Positions 1 through 9,153 of a stretch of 64,000 nt of DNA are shown here, piece by piece (the stretch's first letter is position 1; each line of letters starts with the position of its first letter). Source of the stretch: a virus (lineage: Duplodnaviria; Caudoviricetes); IMG/VR virus record IMGVR_UViG_3300032301_000767, positions 6,370 to 70,369 of that record; one strand, 5' to 3'. The position numbers and the translations under genes are program-made. The notes under the pieces were generated by a model, which worked only from the letters and a program-made list of their open reading frames with translations, had not been told where the DNA came from and made no database searches.

Positions 1-139
1 GTGCGTAAAGATCTTCACCGCAACACGCTGTTTTTAAGTACCACTCTTTAGCAAAAAAGTCGTATATCATTCCTTTATAGTTGGCATATTTTTTAGCTAC
101 AAATGTCTGAAAAGGATCTGGTATTTCGTATGTAGTCAT
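1..139 (-). CDS. Hypothetical protein, truncated by window edge (MTTYEIPDPFQTFVAKKYANYKG...)
   Basis: ATG at 139, 6 nt after a TAGAAT -10 box; frame stays open to the window edge (manual translation). Confidence 0.6.
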   Translation of the reverse strand, partial: MTTYEIPDPFQTFVAKKYANYKGMIYDFFAKEWYLKTACCGEDLYA

Positions 140-145
140 GATGCC

Positions 146-174
146 ATTCTACTAAATAACATAGGGGCAGTCAA
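146..174 (-). promoter_or_regulatory. Sigma70-type promoter TTGACT-N17-TAGAAT driving a leaderless gene
   Basis: Plus strand agtcaa 169-174 and attcta 146-151; the -35 lies inside the terminator hairpin. Confidence 0.6.
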
Positions 175-188
175 TAGACTGCCCCTAT
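161..188 (-). terminator. Intrinsic terminator after SSB
   Basis: Perfect 12-bp stem ataggggcagtc-aata-gactgcccctat, 10 nt after the SSB stop. Confidence 0.75.
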
Positions 189-198
189 GTATATTAAA

Positions 199-873
199 TT
201 ACCAATCCATATTGCTTGTTGTAGCTGGTGACTCTTCTCCAGAATTTGATGACTCTCCTGCAAAGAAAGCCTCTTGTTCTGTATATGGCAAATCACGAAC
301 TGCAGTTGTCTCTAGATCATAAAGCTCTAAAGAAGTACCATCAAATGGTGTTTCATCCTTAGCTAAAGGAATAATAGTGTAGCTTGTATCTGTTTTTGTT
401 CCAGTGCGCTTAATGCGCCACATAAGATTTGTAATGGATCCCATTTCTCCAGCGTACTCAATTAGAGTTGGGGTGATTGTTTTTCCACTTGAACCTTGAG
501 AAAGAATACCAACATATGGCTCTTCCTTGCCGTCATCAATTAAAGCATTAATGTAAAGTCGTGAACGACCCTTCCATCCCGCCTTGTAATCCTTGCGGTG
601 CTGTTCGCAACCGTAGCACTTTCCTTGATCTTCCATAGAGCATAGCCCTTTACGGCGATAGTCTTTTGGATTTGTATGCTCTACAGCAATAAAGCCGAGA
701 CCATTTTTTTCGTTATACGTAGGTGAATCTGGATCTAGTTCTTGCAAAAAGCGAACCTTTACGCTTTCAGAATCCTCTAACTTTACCCAGCGAGCCTTCA
801 CTCCATCTCCGCTTGAGTGATGCGGTGTATCCATGACCTGGTTTAGGCCCTTTAGTCCTTTAACAATACCCAT
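199..873 (-). CDS. Single-stranded DNA-binding protein (gp32-like)
   Basis: VKVRFL N-terminus, H/C-C-C Zn-type residues, IKRTGTKTDTSY motif, acidic C-terminal tail, next to primase/helicase. Confidence 0.7.
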   Translation of the reverse strand: MGIVKGLKGLNQVMDTPHHSSGDGVKARWVKLEDSESVKVRFLQELDPDSPTYNEKNGLGFIAVEHTNPKDYRRKGLCSMEDQGKCYGCEQHRKDYKAGWKGRSRLYINALIDDGKEEPYVGILSQGSSGKTITPTLIEYAGEMGSITNLMWRIKRTGTKTDTSYTIIPLAKDETPFDGTSLELYDLETTAVRDLPYTEQEAFFAGESSNSGEESPATTSNMDW

Positions 874-919
874 TGTATCTCCTTAGTTTGTAGTGACAGT
901 ATAAATCTGCCGTTTATTT

Positions 920-1924
920 TTACTCTTCGTTCTTCCAAGATTGGTACTCAATATTGGAAACTGCATTGTTTATGCATAGCTTAATTTCCTCATCGGTCAT
1001 ATCGCCTGCATCTTTTGCACTGTGTGGATATATCTTACCATATTCATGCGATGCCCACAAGGTGTCTTTGTTACGTAATCTACTTACTATTGATGATCCT
1101 AGGCTCCTGCCAGCCTCATCTGAATCAGTCATAATTATAATTTTATTAAAATATCTATTTAATAGGTTTAAATTTTCTTGTGACATATGACCGCCAAGCG
1201 TAGCCACGACATTAGGAAATCCAGCTTGATGCACACGGATTGCATCGAAGCTAGACTCCACAATAATTACATTACTGCCAATTCTTTTAGCCTTATGTAT
1301 ATTAAATAAAGTCTTGCTCTTTGGCAAGTTGGTGCTATTCTTAAACTTTTTATCCGATATAGATCTACCAACAATCCCAACTAGAAGTCCGTCTGGACTA
1401 TGTACTGGAACAGTAACCATATTTTGTTTAGCGGAATATCCTAGCATAAAATGATTAATTGATTCAGAGTTGATTCCTCTTGAAGCAAAATAATCTTGGG
1501 CTTCTGTGGACGACAATAAGTCGTTGTGAAGACTCTTTAGTAAATTTTCTGGGAACTCTATAAAGTCAGGCTTATCTTCAAGAAGGTCATTAAGTTCATC
1601 CTCAAATGAATCTTCGACTGTTTTACCATGAGACATAATTAATCTTAAAGACTGAAAGTCATTAATGTGCATTACTCTTTTTACTAAATCATTTAGTGAT
1701 CCAGATTCGCTACAAGAAGGATTAAAACATATCCAAGCACCAGAGCCTTCATTAATACTACAACTTGGTGTGTGCGTGTTATTATGAAATGGGCAGAAGA
1801 AAGCTATTTGATCTCCAACCTCAGTTGAAAGATTAAGCCCAATAGATTTTACTATAGACTTTATCTGACCCGCTGAGTATGTCGTGGAATCAATTTGCCC
1901 TGTGATATTCCCTCTACCTCGCAT
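920..1924 (-). CDS. dnaG: DNA primase (Zn finger + TOPRIM)
   Basis: CPFH...C..C zinc-binding domain; TOPRIM motifs VESSFDA and DSDEAG; start refined to ATG 1924 behind a purine-rich RBS (ORF track start 1975). Confidence 0.9.
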   Translation of the reverse strand: MRGRGNITGQIDSTTYSAGQIKSIVKSIGLNLSTEVGDQIAFFCPFHNNTHTPSCSINEGSGAWICFNPSCSESGSLNDLVKRVMHINDFQSLRLIMSHGKTVEDSFEDELNDLLEDKPDFIEFPENLLKSLHNDLLSSTEAQDYFASRGINSESINHFMLGYSAKQNMVTVPVHSPDGLLVGIVGRSISDKKFKNSTNLPKSKTLFNIHKAKRIGSNVIIVESSFDAIRVHQAGFPNVVATLGGHMSQENLNLLNRYFNKIIIMTDSDEAGRSLGSSIVSRLRNKDTLWASHEYGKIYPHSAKDAGDMTDEEIKLCINNAVSNIEYQSWKNEE

Positions 1925-2151
1925 GCCTTCTTCTTTCCTACATATATACCATGGAGAGTCATTAAGAACTTCCATGTTTCACCAGTGAATTCTACCGAAA
2001 ACGCTGAGTCTATGTCAAGTACCCTAACGTAACCCCTTGACCTCATGTCGTGAGTTAATAAAGTTTCGTACTGTGGCCTAAGACTAATTAGCTGAGAATT
2101 GTCGTAAAACTCAACTTCTATTTGAAATCTTTTAATTCTTTTGTGCGTCAT
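1861..2151 (-). CDS. Hypothetical protein
   Basis: 96-aa ORF overlapping helicase and primase in the same operon. Confidence 0.6.
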   Translation of the reverse strand: MTHKRIKRFQIEVEFYDNSQLISLRPQYETLLTHDMRSRGYVRVLDIDSAFSVEFTGETWKFLMTLHGIYVGKKKACEVEGISQGKLIPRHTQRVR

Positions 2152-3376
2152 CCTGGAATGGATTTTCGTATATCTCCTTGATGATACCTTTATTGATATC
2201 CCAGTCTAGGAACATATTAAATTCTTGGCCGTGTCTATTCTTTCTGCTGACTACCTCAATCATATTTGTATTTGTATATTTATGAATTGCAATGGCCATA
2301 TCAGCATCATATTCAATAGCCTTTGACCATGCTACCTGAGATAGCATTGGAGGGTTGTCTTGATCTGATATATCGTCCATTGTTGCAGCAGTAATATCAA
2401 TTACAGGTATTCCATTATTCATAGCAAGCATTTTAAACTCACGAGAAATATTCATGTTACGTTCAGTTGCTCCACCGCTTTTTTTGGTATCTGAAAATAG
2501 CTGATGGTAATCTAGAATTACAAGGTCTGGCTTATGCTGATCTATCTTAGACTGAACAGTGTTAGCATTAACTTCGCCCATTCCTTCATTAGATACTAGG
2601 ATAAAGCCATTCTTATTCTCAAATTTCTTATTACCCCAAGATCTAAGATTATCTACATTGACATCTCCCCTTGCAAAATCACTAGCACGGAATAAGCCTG
2701 AGCCCATCATAGTATAAATACGGTTACGCATATCCTCTGGAGACATCTCAAGGGATATAATCATAGGCTTAAAACCCTGTTCCCAGGCCTTACAGGCTAG
2801 ATAAGAGGTGAACCATGTCTTACCCCTACCTGGCCAGCCAATAGCGACTATAAGGTGCCCTGGAGCCATTCCTGTAGGGTAAGCCTTGTCTATGGCTTCA
2901 AAGCCAGTTAGGATCCCTGGGCTTCCGCCCATGGCGGCTGAGCGTTCCTTTACTGATAAAAAGTGCCTTTCAGCAGCATCAATATCGGTAATATCTACGT
3001 CTCTAATATTCCCAGTAAACCTTGATAGAGTGGCAAGCTTGGCTTGCATATCACTAATTACTCTTGAGGCTGCATCTTCTTTTAATGCGGAACCACTCTG
3101 TAAAATAATATTTTTTAATCTGGCTGTTAGGTATTCATTCTTTAATTTATCTAAATAATATCCAGTCTCAGCTTTTGTTTCTGCTGGATCAAAGTCTTTA
3201 AATCTTTCCATGAGTACGCCAACCTCTGGAACGGCTTTAAACTTATAGTAATATGATTTCAAGGCATCCCATATGTCTTTGTGTGACGTGAACAGGTCGT
3301 CAACATTATCTGCTAACAATGTGCTGATATCTTTATTCTTACATACTGAAGAAATTAACTCTGACTCTGTATTCAC
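2132..3376 (-). CDS. dnaB: Replicative DNA helicase, DnaB-like (SF4)
   Basis: Walker A GWPGRGKT, SLEMS, LVILDY Walker B, IEYDAD and KNRHG motifs. Confidence 0.92.
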   Translation of the reverse strand: MNTESELISSVCKNKDISTLLADNVDDLFTSHKDIWDALKSYYYKFKAVPEVGVLMERFKDFDPAETKAETGYYLDKLKNEYLTARLKNIILQSGSALKEDAASRVISDMQAKLATLSRFTGNIRDVDITDIDAAERHFLSVKERSAAMGGSPGILTGFEAIDKAYPTGMAPGHLIVAIGWPGRGKTWFTSYLACKAWEQGFKPMIISLEMSPEDMRNRIYTMMGSGLFRASDFARGDVNVDNLRSWGNKKFENKNGFILVSNEGMGEVNANTVQSKIDQHKPDLVILDYHQLFSDTKKSGGATERNMNISREFKMLAMNNGIPVIDITAATMDDISDQDNPPMLSQVAWSKAIEYDADMAIAIHKYTNTNMIEVVSRKNRHGQEFNMFLDWDINKGIIKEIYENPFQDDAQKN

Positions 3377-3693
3377 TGATCTCCGCCCTCTACCAATTTC
3401 TTGGTCTTCTCAAGTAAAACAATTCTATTTTGTTTATCTTTTTCCATCTGTTGCTTTAGATCATCTATCTTGTCAAAGTTATAAAAAAAGAAAGACAGTG
3501 GGTGTCCAGACTTTGATGTTGAGAAGTAGTATATCAGAAGAGATTTTGCTCTGTCAAAGCCAACGCTATCAATAACATCTTGCATTGCCCACTTCTCACG
3601 AAATTTATTTATTCGAGGAATTTTATTATACTTATCCTTGTATAGAGAATCGTATAAGCTCAAAAGAATATAAGGCTCTTTATTATTTGCCAC
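3373..3693 (-). CDS. Hypothetical protein
   Basis: ORF overlapping the helicase start. Confidence 0.65.
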   Translation of the reverse strand: MANNKEPYILLSLYDSLYKDKYNKIPRINKFREKWAMQDVIDSVGFDRAKSLLIYYFSTSKSGHPLSFFFYNFDKIDDLKQQMEKDKQNRIVLLEKTKKLVEGGDQ

Positions 3694-3886
3694 GCTTAAG
3701 CTCTTCTTCTACCTCTTGTGTTTTTTCAACAAGCTTTTTTTCAACAAATGCATATACACGTTCCGTTGCTAAGTCTACTGTTTCTCCCTGTCGAACATCA
3801 TCTTCAATTCCGACTCCTATTTTAATGCTTTCATAGTTACCAAGGTTTCTAGTAAATGACAAGTCTACCTTTACTCTCGTTGTCAT
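3683..3886 (-). CDS. Hypothetical phage protein
   Basis: 67 aa, AAGGAG RBS, TRNLGNYESIKI motif, coupled to neighbours. Confidence 0.7.
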   Translation of the reverse strand: MTTRVKVDLSFTRNLGNYESIKIGVGIEDDVRQGETVDLATERVYAFVEKKLVEKTQEVEEELKRGK

Positions 3887-3993
3887 TTGTGCTCCTTCTT
3901 TATGTGGTTAGATAATGTTATGTGTGCAAAATCAGATCTTACTTCAAGCTCTTTATTACATGTAGGGCATACAACTATTCGGCTACTTGCCAT
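3883..3993 (-). CDS. Small putative zinc-finger protein (MASSRIVVCPTCNKELEVRSDFAHITLSNHIKKEHK)
   Basis: Manual translation, 36 aa, CxxC...H...H; stop overlaps the next ATG. Confidence 0.6.
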   Translation of the reverse strand: MASSRIVVCPTCNKELEVRSDFAHITLSNHIKKEHK

Positions 3994-4120
3994 CCTTATC
4001 ACCTTTGGCTTTAACAATTAGCACTGGCCCATTCAATGAATTCCAGTAGGCAACTTCTGCTTCTCTTTTGCGCTTCTTAGAAGCGCCAGTCTCCAGTGTA
4101 TATTTCGCCATCTCAGCCAT
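3983..4120 (-). CDS. Small hypothetical protein (45 aa)
   Basis: Manual translation MAEMAKYTLETGASKK...; TAATG coupling to the upstream stop. Confidence 0.55.
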   Translation of the reverse strand: MAEMAKYTLETGASKKRKREAEVAYWNSLNGPVLIVKAKGDKDGK

Positions 4121-4605
4121 TACTCCGCCTTCCATATAGGGATAAAGTTTCCTTCATCGTTCTTAGTATACAATATGAAGTTGTTTTTGAAAAGACCCAA
4201 TAATTCTGCCCTTGATATTATTTCTGCTGAGTGCCCTGAGTCTAATATATGTTGGTGCACGTCTAATATGTGTTTCTGACTAAACATATACTTAGACCAC
4301 TTTGTACTATCTGGCTCAGATATAGGATATATCTTTGGAGGAGTTGCCACCTTACCCTCAAGTATATAATCTTGTATGGTAACCCTATGCTTGTTAAGCA
4401 TTGCAGAAACCTCAACAATAGTATAAGCATTCTCCATATGTTTTTTTACTTGCGAATAAGAATACATGACACGCTTCCTGTCTGGATAGCACCATGCAAC
4501 CATTTCGTCTTTTGATCTAGATGATCTTAAGACTTTATGTACTTTATCGTTTAAGAAGAAATACCGTAGTTTTTTTGATTTAACATCTCTTTTTGATCTA
4601 GCCAT
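4120..4605 (-). CDS. Putative DNA-binding protein (excisionase/MerR-like HTH)
   Basis: YTIVEVSAMLNKHRVTIQDYILEGKV resembles a winged-HTH pattern. Confidence 0.55.
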   Translation of the reverse strand: MARSKRDVKSKKLRYFFLNDKVHKVLRSSRSKDEMVAWCYPDRKRVMYSYSQVKKHMENAYTIVEVSAMLNKHRVTIQDYILEGKVATPPKIYPISEPDSTKWSKYMFSQKHILDVHQHILDSGHSAEIISRAELLGLFKNNFILYTKNDEGNFIPIWKAE

Positions 4606-4736
4606 CGTCCGAAAGCACTCGTTTCTTTATTTATCATCCATCTTTTCCCACACATACTACAAAACAATTCTGCGTGTAGCTTCTGAGAAAATACCCTATC
4701 TACAAAAACTCTTCCTTTACATTTAGCGCACCACAT
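4551..4736 (-). CDS. Small Zn-ribbon protein
   Basis: CAKC...CSMCG double CxxC. Confidence 0.65.
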   Translation of the reverse strand: MWCAKCKGRVFVDRVFSQKLHAELFCSMCGKRWMINKETSAFGRWLDQKEMLNQKNYGISS

Positions 4737-5551
4737 TATAGACTGAACATCTTTCCATCAACCATGCATGTATAGTTTGGAGATACGTGAATCATTTGAA
4801 CATGTGGATACTTTCCATTTTCAATATGAGCAATAGCAAACCCCTTTTGCCAATCGTGATGCTGGGTATACTTCATACCTGGTCCCTTTTCATCACACAT
4901 GTGACCAATCTCATATCCCCTTAATGTTTCACCCTTGCCATTGTTTCTAAGTTCATAGGTAACCATATGAGAAGCAATTCTGTGAGAGTGTCCTCTAATT
5001 AAAGACACCTGCATATCTTCCATATCTTTTCTTACTGCTCCAGTTGCAGAGATTGACATACCGTGATGTACGTGAATATCTCCAAAGCGTTTCTTGGGAA
5101 GGCTGTCATAATAAATATAGTCATACCCCAATGAGTCTAAACTCCACAAAGCTTCTGGGGTTACGTGCTTTGCATACTCTGGAATCTTTTTATCTAGATA
5201 ATCAAATATTCTTATATCGTGATTTCCTAGAGCAGAAAACAGTTGAGCCTTCGGAAGCATTTTCCTTGTCCTAGCATAAAATTCTCTAGCACCGCTTGCT
5301 TCAATTTTCATATCTTTTAACATTAACTCTAGGTCATTAGTTACATCATCGTTCTTGTATGCCTTTAAAAATTCTGTTGGTTTACCATCAGTATATTTGC
5401 TGTAGCATGCCTGATCATCCGTATCGCCAAGGTAGTCAACAACATCTGGCTTAAACCACTTCATAACCTTAAACCAAAGCTCAATCATCTTATCGTCTTG
5501 GTACGGGAACTGCTGGTCCGAAGACAGCATCCATTTTAAATCGTTACTCAT
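4736..5551 (-). CDS. Calcineurin-like metallophosphoesterase
   Basis: SD.Q, LGDTDD, GNHD, HHG and GHSHR motifs. Confidence 0.85.
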   Translation of the reverse strand: MSNDLKWMLSSDQQFPYQDDKMIELWFKVMKWFKPDVVDYLGDTDDQACYSKYTDGKPTEFLKAYKNDDVTNDLELMLKDMKIEASGAREFYARTRKMLPKAQLFSALGNHDIRIFDYLDKKIPEYAKHVTPEALWSLDSLGYDYIYYDSLPKKRFGDIHVHHGMSISATGAVRKDMEDMQVSLIRGHSHRIASHMVTYELRNNGKGETLRGYEIGHMCDEKGPGMKYTQHHDWQKGFAIAHIENGKYPHVQMIHVSPNYTCMVDGKMFSL

Positions 5552-5566
5552 TATCTACCTTTACGC

Positions 5567-5591
5567 AAAAAAAGTCACGGGTACGTGACTT
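5567..5591 (-). terminator. Intrinsic terminator hairpin with U-tract
   Basis: AAGTCACG-TACC-CGTGACTT followed by T5 on the minus strand. Confidence 0.7.
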
Positions 5592-5593
5592 AG

Positions 5594-5632
5594 ATGTTAC
5601 AATAATTGTAACATATTGGTTAAGCTTGTCAA
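5594..5632 (-). promoter_or_regulatory. Promoter TTGACA-N16-TACAAT overlapped by a 21-bp palindromic operator
   Basis: tgtcaa 5627-5632, attgta 5605-5610; ATGTTACAAT-A-ATTGTAACAT perfect inverted repeat 5594-5614. Confidence 0.65.
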
Positions 5633-5636
5633 TAGG

Positions 5637-6077
5637 TTAAGCTAGTGTTCCTGTGGCAAACATATCAAACGTTACTGATGCCGATGCGGCTCCATGTCCA
5701 GATCTAACTACAAAAGACATGCTCACTGTATCTACGCTGGTAACAATTATATGCATTCTAGACTGAGCCTCAGTTAAAGATGTTCCCCTTGCTTGAACCC
5801 AACATGCTGGAGTTTGGGTAAATGTTTTACCAAAAGTCCATTTATATTTTCCAGAAGGAGTGTTTGATGGGTTAATGGTTAAAACTTTTTCTTTTGTTAT
5901 AGTGGTACCAGAAACTTTAGTTTCAACAGTATCTGTTTTATTAACAATATTAATTGCAGAAGAGTTTGTTCCTTTTGCAATTAGCTGAATATTTGCAACC
6001 ATTGTTTTTAATAAATCTGCGGTAACAGGATCTCCATCCTGAATAAGCATATCTTTAATAGGTACTGCGTCGCCCAT
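5637..6077 (-). CDS. Putative tail-associated protein (beta-rich, FGKTFTQTP motif)
   Basis: End of tail module; F..tF...P pattern seen in fibre-tip/lectin-like domains. Confidence 0.45.
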   Translation of the reverse strand: MGDAVPIKDMLIQDGDPVTADLLKTMVANIQLIAKGTNSSAINIVNKTDTVETKVSGTTITKEKVLTINPSNTPSGKYKWTFGKTFTQTPACWVQARGTSLTEAQSRMHIIVTSVDTVSMSFVVRSGHGAASASVTFDMFATGTLA

Positions 6078-6078
6078 A

Positions 6079-6225
6079 TTATTCTCCTACTTCTGCCTTT
6101 GCAGGTTCTTCTTGTGTGATCTGCGTAATTTCTGCACGTAGTATAGCAATGTGAGTCTCATACTGTGAGACAATCTCGCCAATTCTTTGCTGCAATGCTT
6201 GTATTACTAGTTCTGCTTTGTCCAT
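6079..6225 (-). CDS. Small coiled-coil hypothetical protein (48 aa)
   Basis: Manual translation MDKAELVIQALQQRIGEIVSQYE...; AAGGAG RBS; TGGTATACT extended -10 upstream. Confidence 0.65.
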   Translation of the reverse strand: MDKAELVIQALQQRIGEIVSQYETHIAILRAEITQITQEEPAKAEVGE

Positions 6226-6256
6226 TATATCTCCTTGATAGATTTACAGTATACCA

Positions 6257-6460
6257 TTATGGGGTATTGGTGTCTAGGCCATGCAAATGAATATAAGATT
6301 CAGTTGTCATTTCTTGTTCTGTTATGCCCTTATGTCTTGCAAACTGCTCTTTTAAAGCCGCTCCACAATCTGGACAAATGGCATATGCCCAATTGTCATC
6401 TATTCTTGCCGCATACATTTCTTTATCATCTATGCATATTGAGCACCAAAATTTAAACAT
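6257..6460 (-). CDS. Small Zn-ribbon protein
   Basis: CSIC...CPDCG; TAATG coupling to the tail fibre gene. Confidence 0.55.
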   Translation of the reverse strand: MFKFWCSICIDDKEMYAARIDDNWAYAICPDCGAALKEQFARHKGITEQEMTTESYIHLHGLDTNTP

Positions 6461-9153
6461 TATTTACTCTCCAGCTCTAGTATCTTTGCTTCCATTTGTT
6501 CTATTTTTAATTTCATGTCCCTAACTATAGGGATAAGCAAGAATGCATATTTTTGTTCATTTCTAAATGATGATGGCAGACCATCAAGATTTCTTTCAAC
6601 AAAAAATCCCAGACCAGCATCTTCCATGTCTTCAACAACGGGGCCAAAGTTATGAGTTCCCCACATTTCATCTGGAATATCGTCTATATTATTTTTGTAT
6701 GTATAAAAATTAATAGGAACGTCTAAAATTCTTTCATAGTATGCTTTTGGCATTTCTATTATATTTTCTTTAAATCTTCTTGAGGAATCAGCTACGAAAC
6801 CGCTTCCCATGTGTCTAAATCCTACTGCTCTACAAATATTTCTAATTTCTGCTGCGTAGTCTGTTTGTGAGCTATCAACTGTAATTCTATTTACGTTATC
6901 TGCAGTATTAACTCTAAAAGATTGTCCTGCAGTGCCATAAGGATTACCAATTCTTAACCCATAATCTGATCCAGAAATCCAACCCATTAATAATTTATTT
7001 CCAAAAATAATTCTAGGAAGCTTTGATGTACTTGCAGTTAGATCTGCATTGGACAAATCAAATCCTCCTACCTGTCCAGATGTAGAAAATATCTGACCAG
7101 TTAGGGAAAGTGCTCCATTTGTAGATAAGCTAAATGTGTTTGCTGAACCTGAATAGGCCTTTATGCCAGTGTTATCTATAAATAAACCATTTGTAGTATT
7201 TCCAACAACTTTTAGTGTACTTAATTCAATTGAGCCTGTTACTATCTTTGAGCCCTCAATTTTTGTAGTATTGTTATTAATTGCACTTGCTACTTCTGTT
7301 GCAGCAACTTTTAGGGCTAAAGCGTTTTCAGCGTTTTGCGCTCTGCTTTGTAATAGGGTTATATCACTTCCTGCAGCTACTGCTTTATCGTAAGCTGACT
7401 GCAGTCTAGTTGATAGATTAACTCCTCCAACTGTTGCATTAGCACCTACAGTTCCCTGGAAAGTTCCTGTAGATGAGAGAGCGTTGGCAGCATTGGATAC
7501 AACGGTTGACGCTGTAGTTCCACCAATTGTTACTGTTCCAGATATAGAGGTAGTGCCATCAATTACTGCACCTGATGCGTACATTTTTCCACTAGAATCA
7601 ACTTTGAACGCAGCATTAGAAGAAGATTGTGAACCTACCCATATTCTGAATGTATCGGTTGCACTCAATCTAACTATTGAATTTAATGTACCAGTAGTGT
7701 CTCCAAGCGTAAGAGTTCCGTTGCTTTCAAGTTTTGTATTGGTGCTGTAGATTGATCCAGTAGTTTGTGCTGTTCCATCTATTGTCCATCCGCCAATATA
7801 ACCTTTACGAGCATCAACTTTTCCATCTACTTGGCTTATAGATATAGTTTGATTATTACTTGCGTCATATGCAAATAGACCACTGCTATTAAGCCTTACT
7901 CTTGCACCAGTAGATGGAGAAGCTCCAGCATACAATGAGCCACCACTTAACTGAACATCTCCGCTGAATGATCCTCCAGTAGCATTAATTTTACCCGTAG
8001 TGTAAAGATCTGATCCGTCCCAAAATAAAAACGCAGATGGGCTACCAACCCTAAACTGCCCAGTGTTAAGCCAATAGTTGTGACCAAAGTTTGTTGTAGA
8101 TTTATTAAGAATAATTCCACTATATGTTCCAGCAGTTTGTGATGGAGTAATGGTTGTAGAAGTATTTATTGATTGCGATATGCCAGTTCCTATTTTAAAC
8201 AGATCAGCAGTCTTACCGCCAATTGATAGTATGGAGCGAAGCTGGGCAAAAGCATCTGCTGGAGCATTTGCATCTACAATTGGTCCAACTGTTCCAGACT
8301 GTGCGCCAACCCATGTCAATGCATTATAAGGACTCTTTGCAGTTACCTGCCAATAATACAAGGTGTTTGGTATCAATCCAGTTATATCAAAAGTTGTTGT
8401 GGCCTTGCCGTCAACCTGTCCGTATTCCCATAAAGGGTTTGGCGTTGTTGCTGGATTTTGAGTTGTCCATCTTAATACGTAACCAGAAGTATTTGTATCT
8501 GCGTTTGCAGACCAAGATGCTGTTAACTTTCCGCTAAACCCGCTCTTATCATTTTGATCTATAGACCCAGTTACTGAAACAGAAGATGGAGCTGATGGTG
8601 GGGTTGAGGTGTCTGGGTCTGCATTCTGTGGGGTTACTGGCCCAGCAATTGTTGATGACCTGTTGACATCCAGCCATTTATCTCTTGTTACAACTTTTAC
8701 CCACCTAGGAGCAAAGTTGGAAGTGTTAACAAATAAACTATTTGATGTTCCCACCCAAACAATATATTCTTCTCCTCCAAAAACACCAGTAAGGCTTTCA
8801 TAAACAATAATGTCTTCATGCTCACTTAAAGGAGCTGTGTCAAATTTTACTCCATATCCTTTTATTCCTGTAGTTAAAACCAAATTAGTTACTGGTAGGG
8901 TGTTGTTTGGTATGGCAAATGTGTCCTCAAGCCAAGGAGATTTTGGTCCTTCTGATGTTAATCCAGTTTCGGGATCTTTGTATATATAAGCTGCTTGAAA
9001 TTTATATTTTTTGTTAGCAACCAACTTCATGTCAATTACAATTGTGTATGAGTCTGCAGATATTTCTGCAGCCGCAACTTTTGCTTCATCTGTAGTTTTT
9101 GCAAGATCTGGTGGATTATACATCAACCACTCTCTGTCGTATGCACCTGCCAT
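6460..9153 (-). CDS. Tail fibre/tip protein with FN3 domain and C-terminal intramolecular chaperone (peptidase S74-like)
   Basis: FN3 (ITGLIPNTLYYWQVTA), G/S-rich beta repeats, C-terminal DSSRRFKENI...LIPIVRDMK coiled coil. Confidence 0.8.
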   Translation of the reverse strand: MAGAYDREWLMYNPPDLAKTTDEAKVAAAEISADSYTIVIDMKLVANKKYKFQAAYIYKDPETGLTSEGPKSPWLEDTFAIPNNTLPVTNLVLTTGIKGYGVKFDTAPLSEHEDIIVYESLTGVFGGEEYIVWVGTSNSLFVNTSNFAPRWVKVVTRDKWLDVNRSSTIAGPVTPQNADPDTSTPPSAPSSVSVTGSIDQNDKSGFSGKLTASWSANADTNTSGYVLRWTTQNPATTPNPLWEYGQVDGKATTTFDITGLIPNTLYYWQVTAKSPYNALTWVGAQSGTVGPIVDANAPADAFAQLRSILSIGGKTADLFKIGTGISQSINTSTTITPSQTAGTYSGIILNKSTTNFGHNYWLNTGQFRVGSPSAFLFWDGSDLYTTGKINATGGSFSGDVQLSGGSLYAGASPSTGARVRLNSSGLFAYDASNNQTISISQVDGKVDARKGYIGGWTIDGTAQTTGSIYSTNTKLESNGTLTLGDTTGTLNSIVRLSATDTFRIWVGSQSSSNAAFKVDSSGKMYASGAVIDGTTSISGTVTIGGTTASTVVSNAANALSSTGTFQGTVGANATVGGVNLSTRLQSAYDKAVAAGSDITLLQSRAQNAENALALKVAATEVASAINNNTTKIEGSKIVTGSIELSTLKVVGNTTNGLFIDNTGIKAYSGSANTFSLSTNGALSLTGQIFSTSGQVGGFDLSNADLTASTSKLPRIIFGNKLLMGWISGSDYGLRIGNPYGTAGQSFRVNTADNVNRITVDSSQTDYAAEIRNICRAVGFRHMGSGFVADSSRRFKENIIEMPKAYYERILDVPINFYTYKNNIDDIPDEMWGTHNFGPVVEDMEDAGLGFFVERNLDGLPSSFRNEQKYAFLLIPIVRDMKLKIEQMEAKILELESK

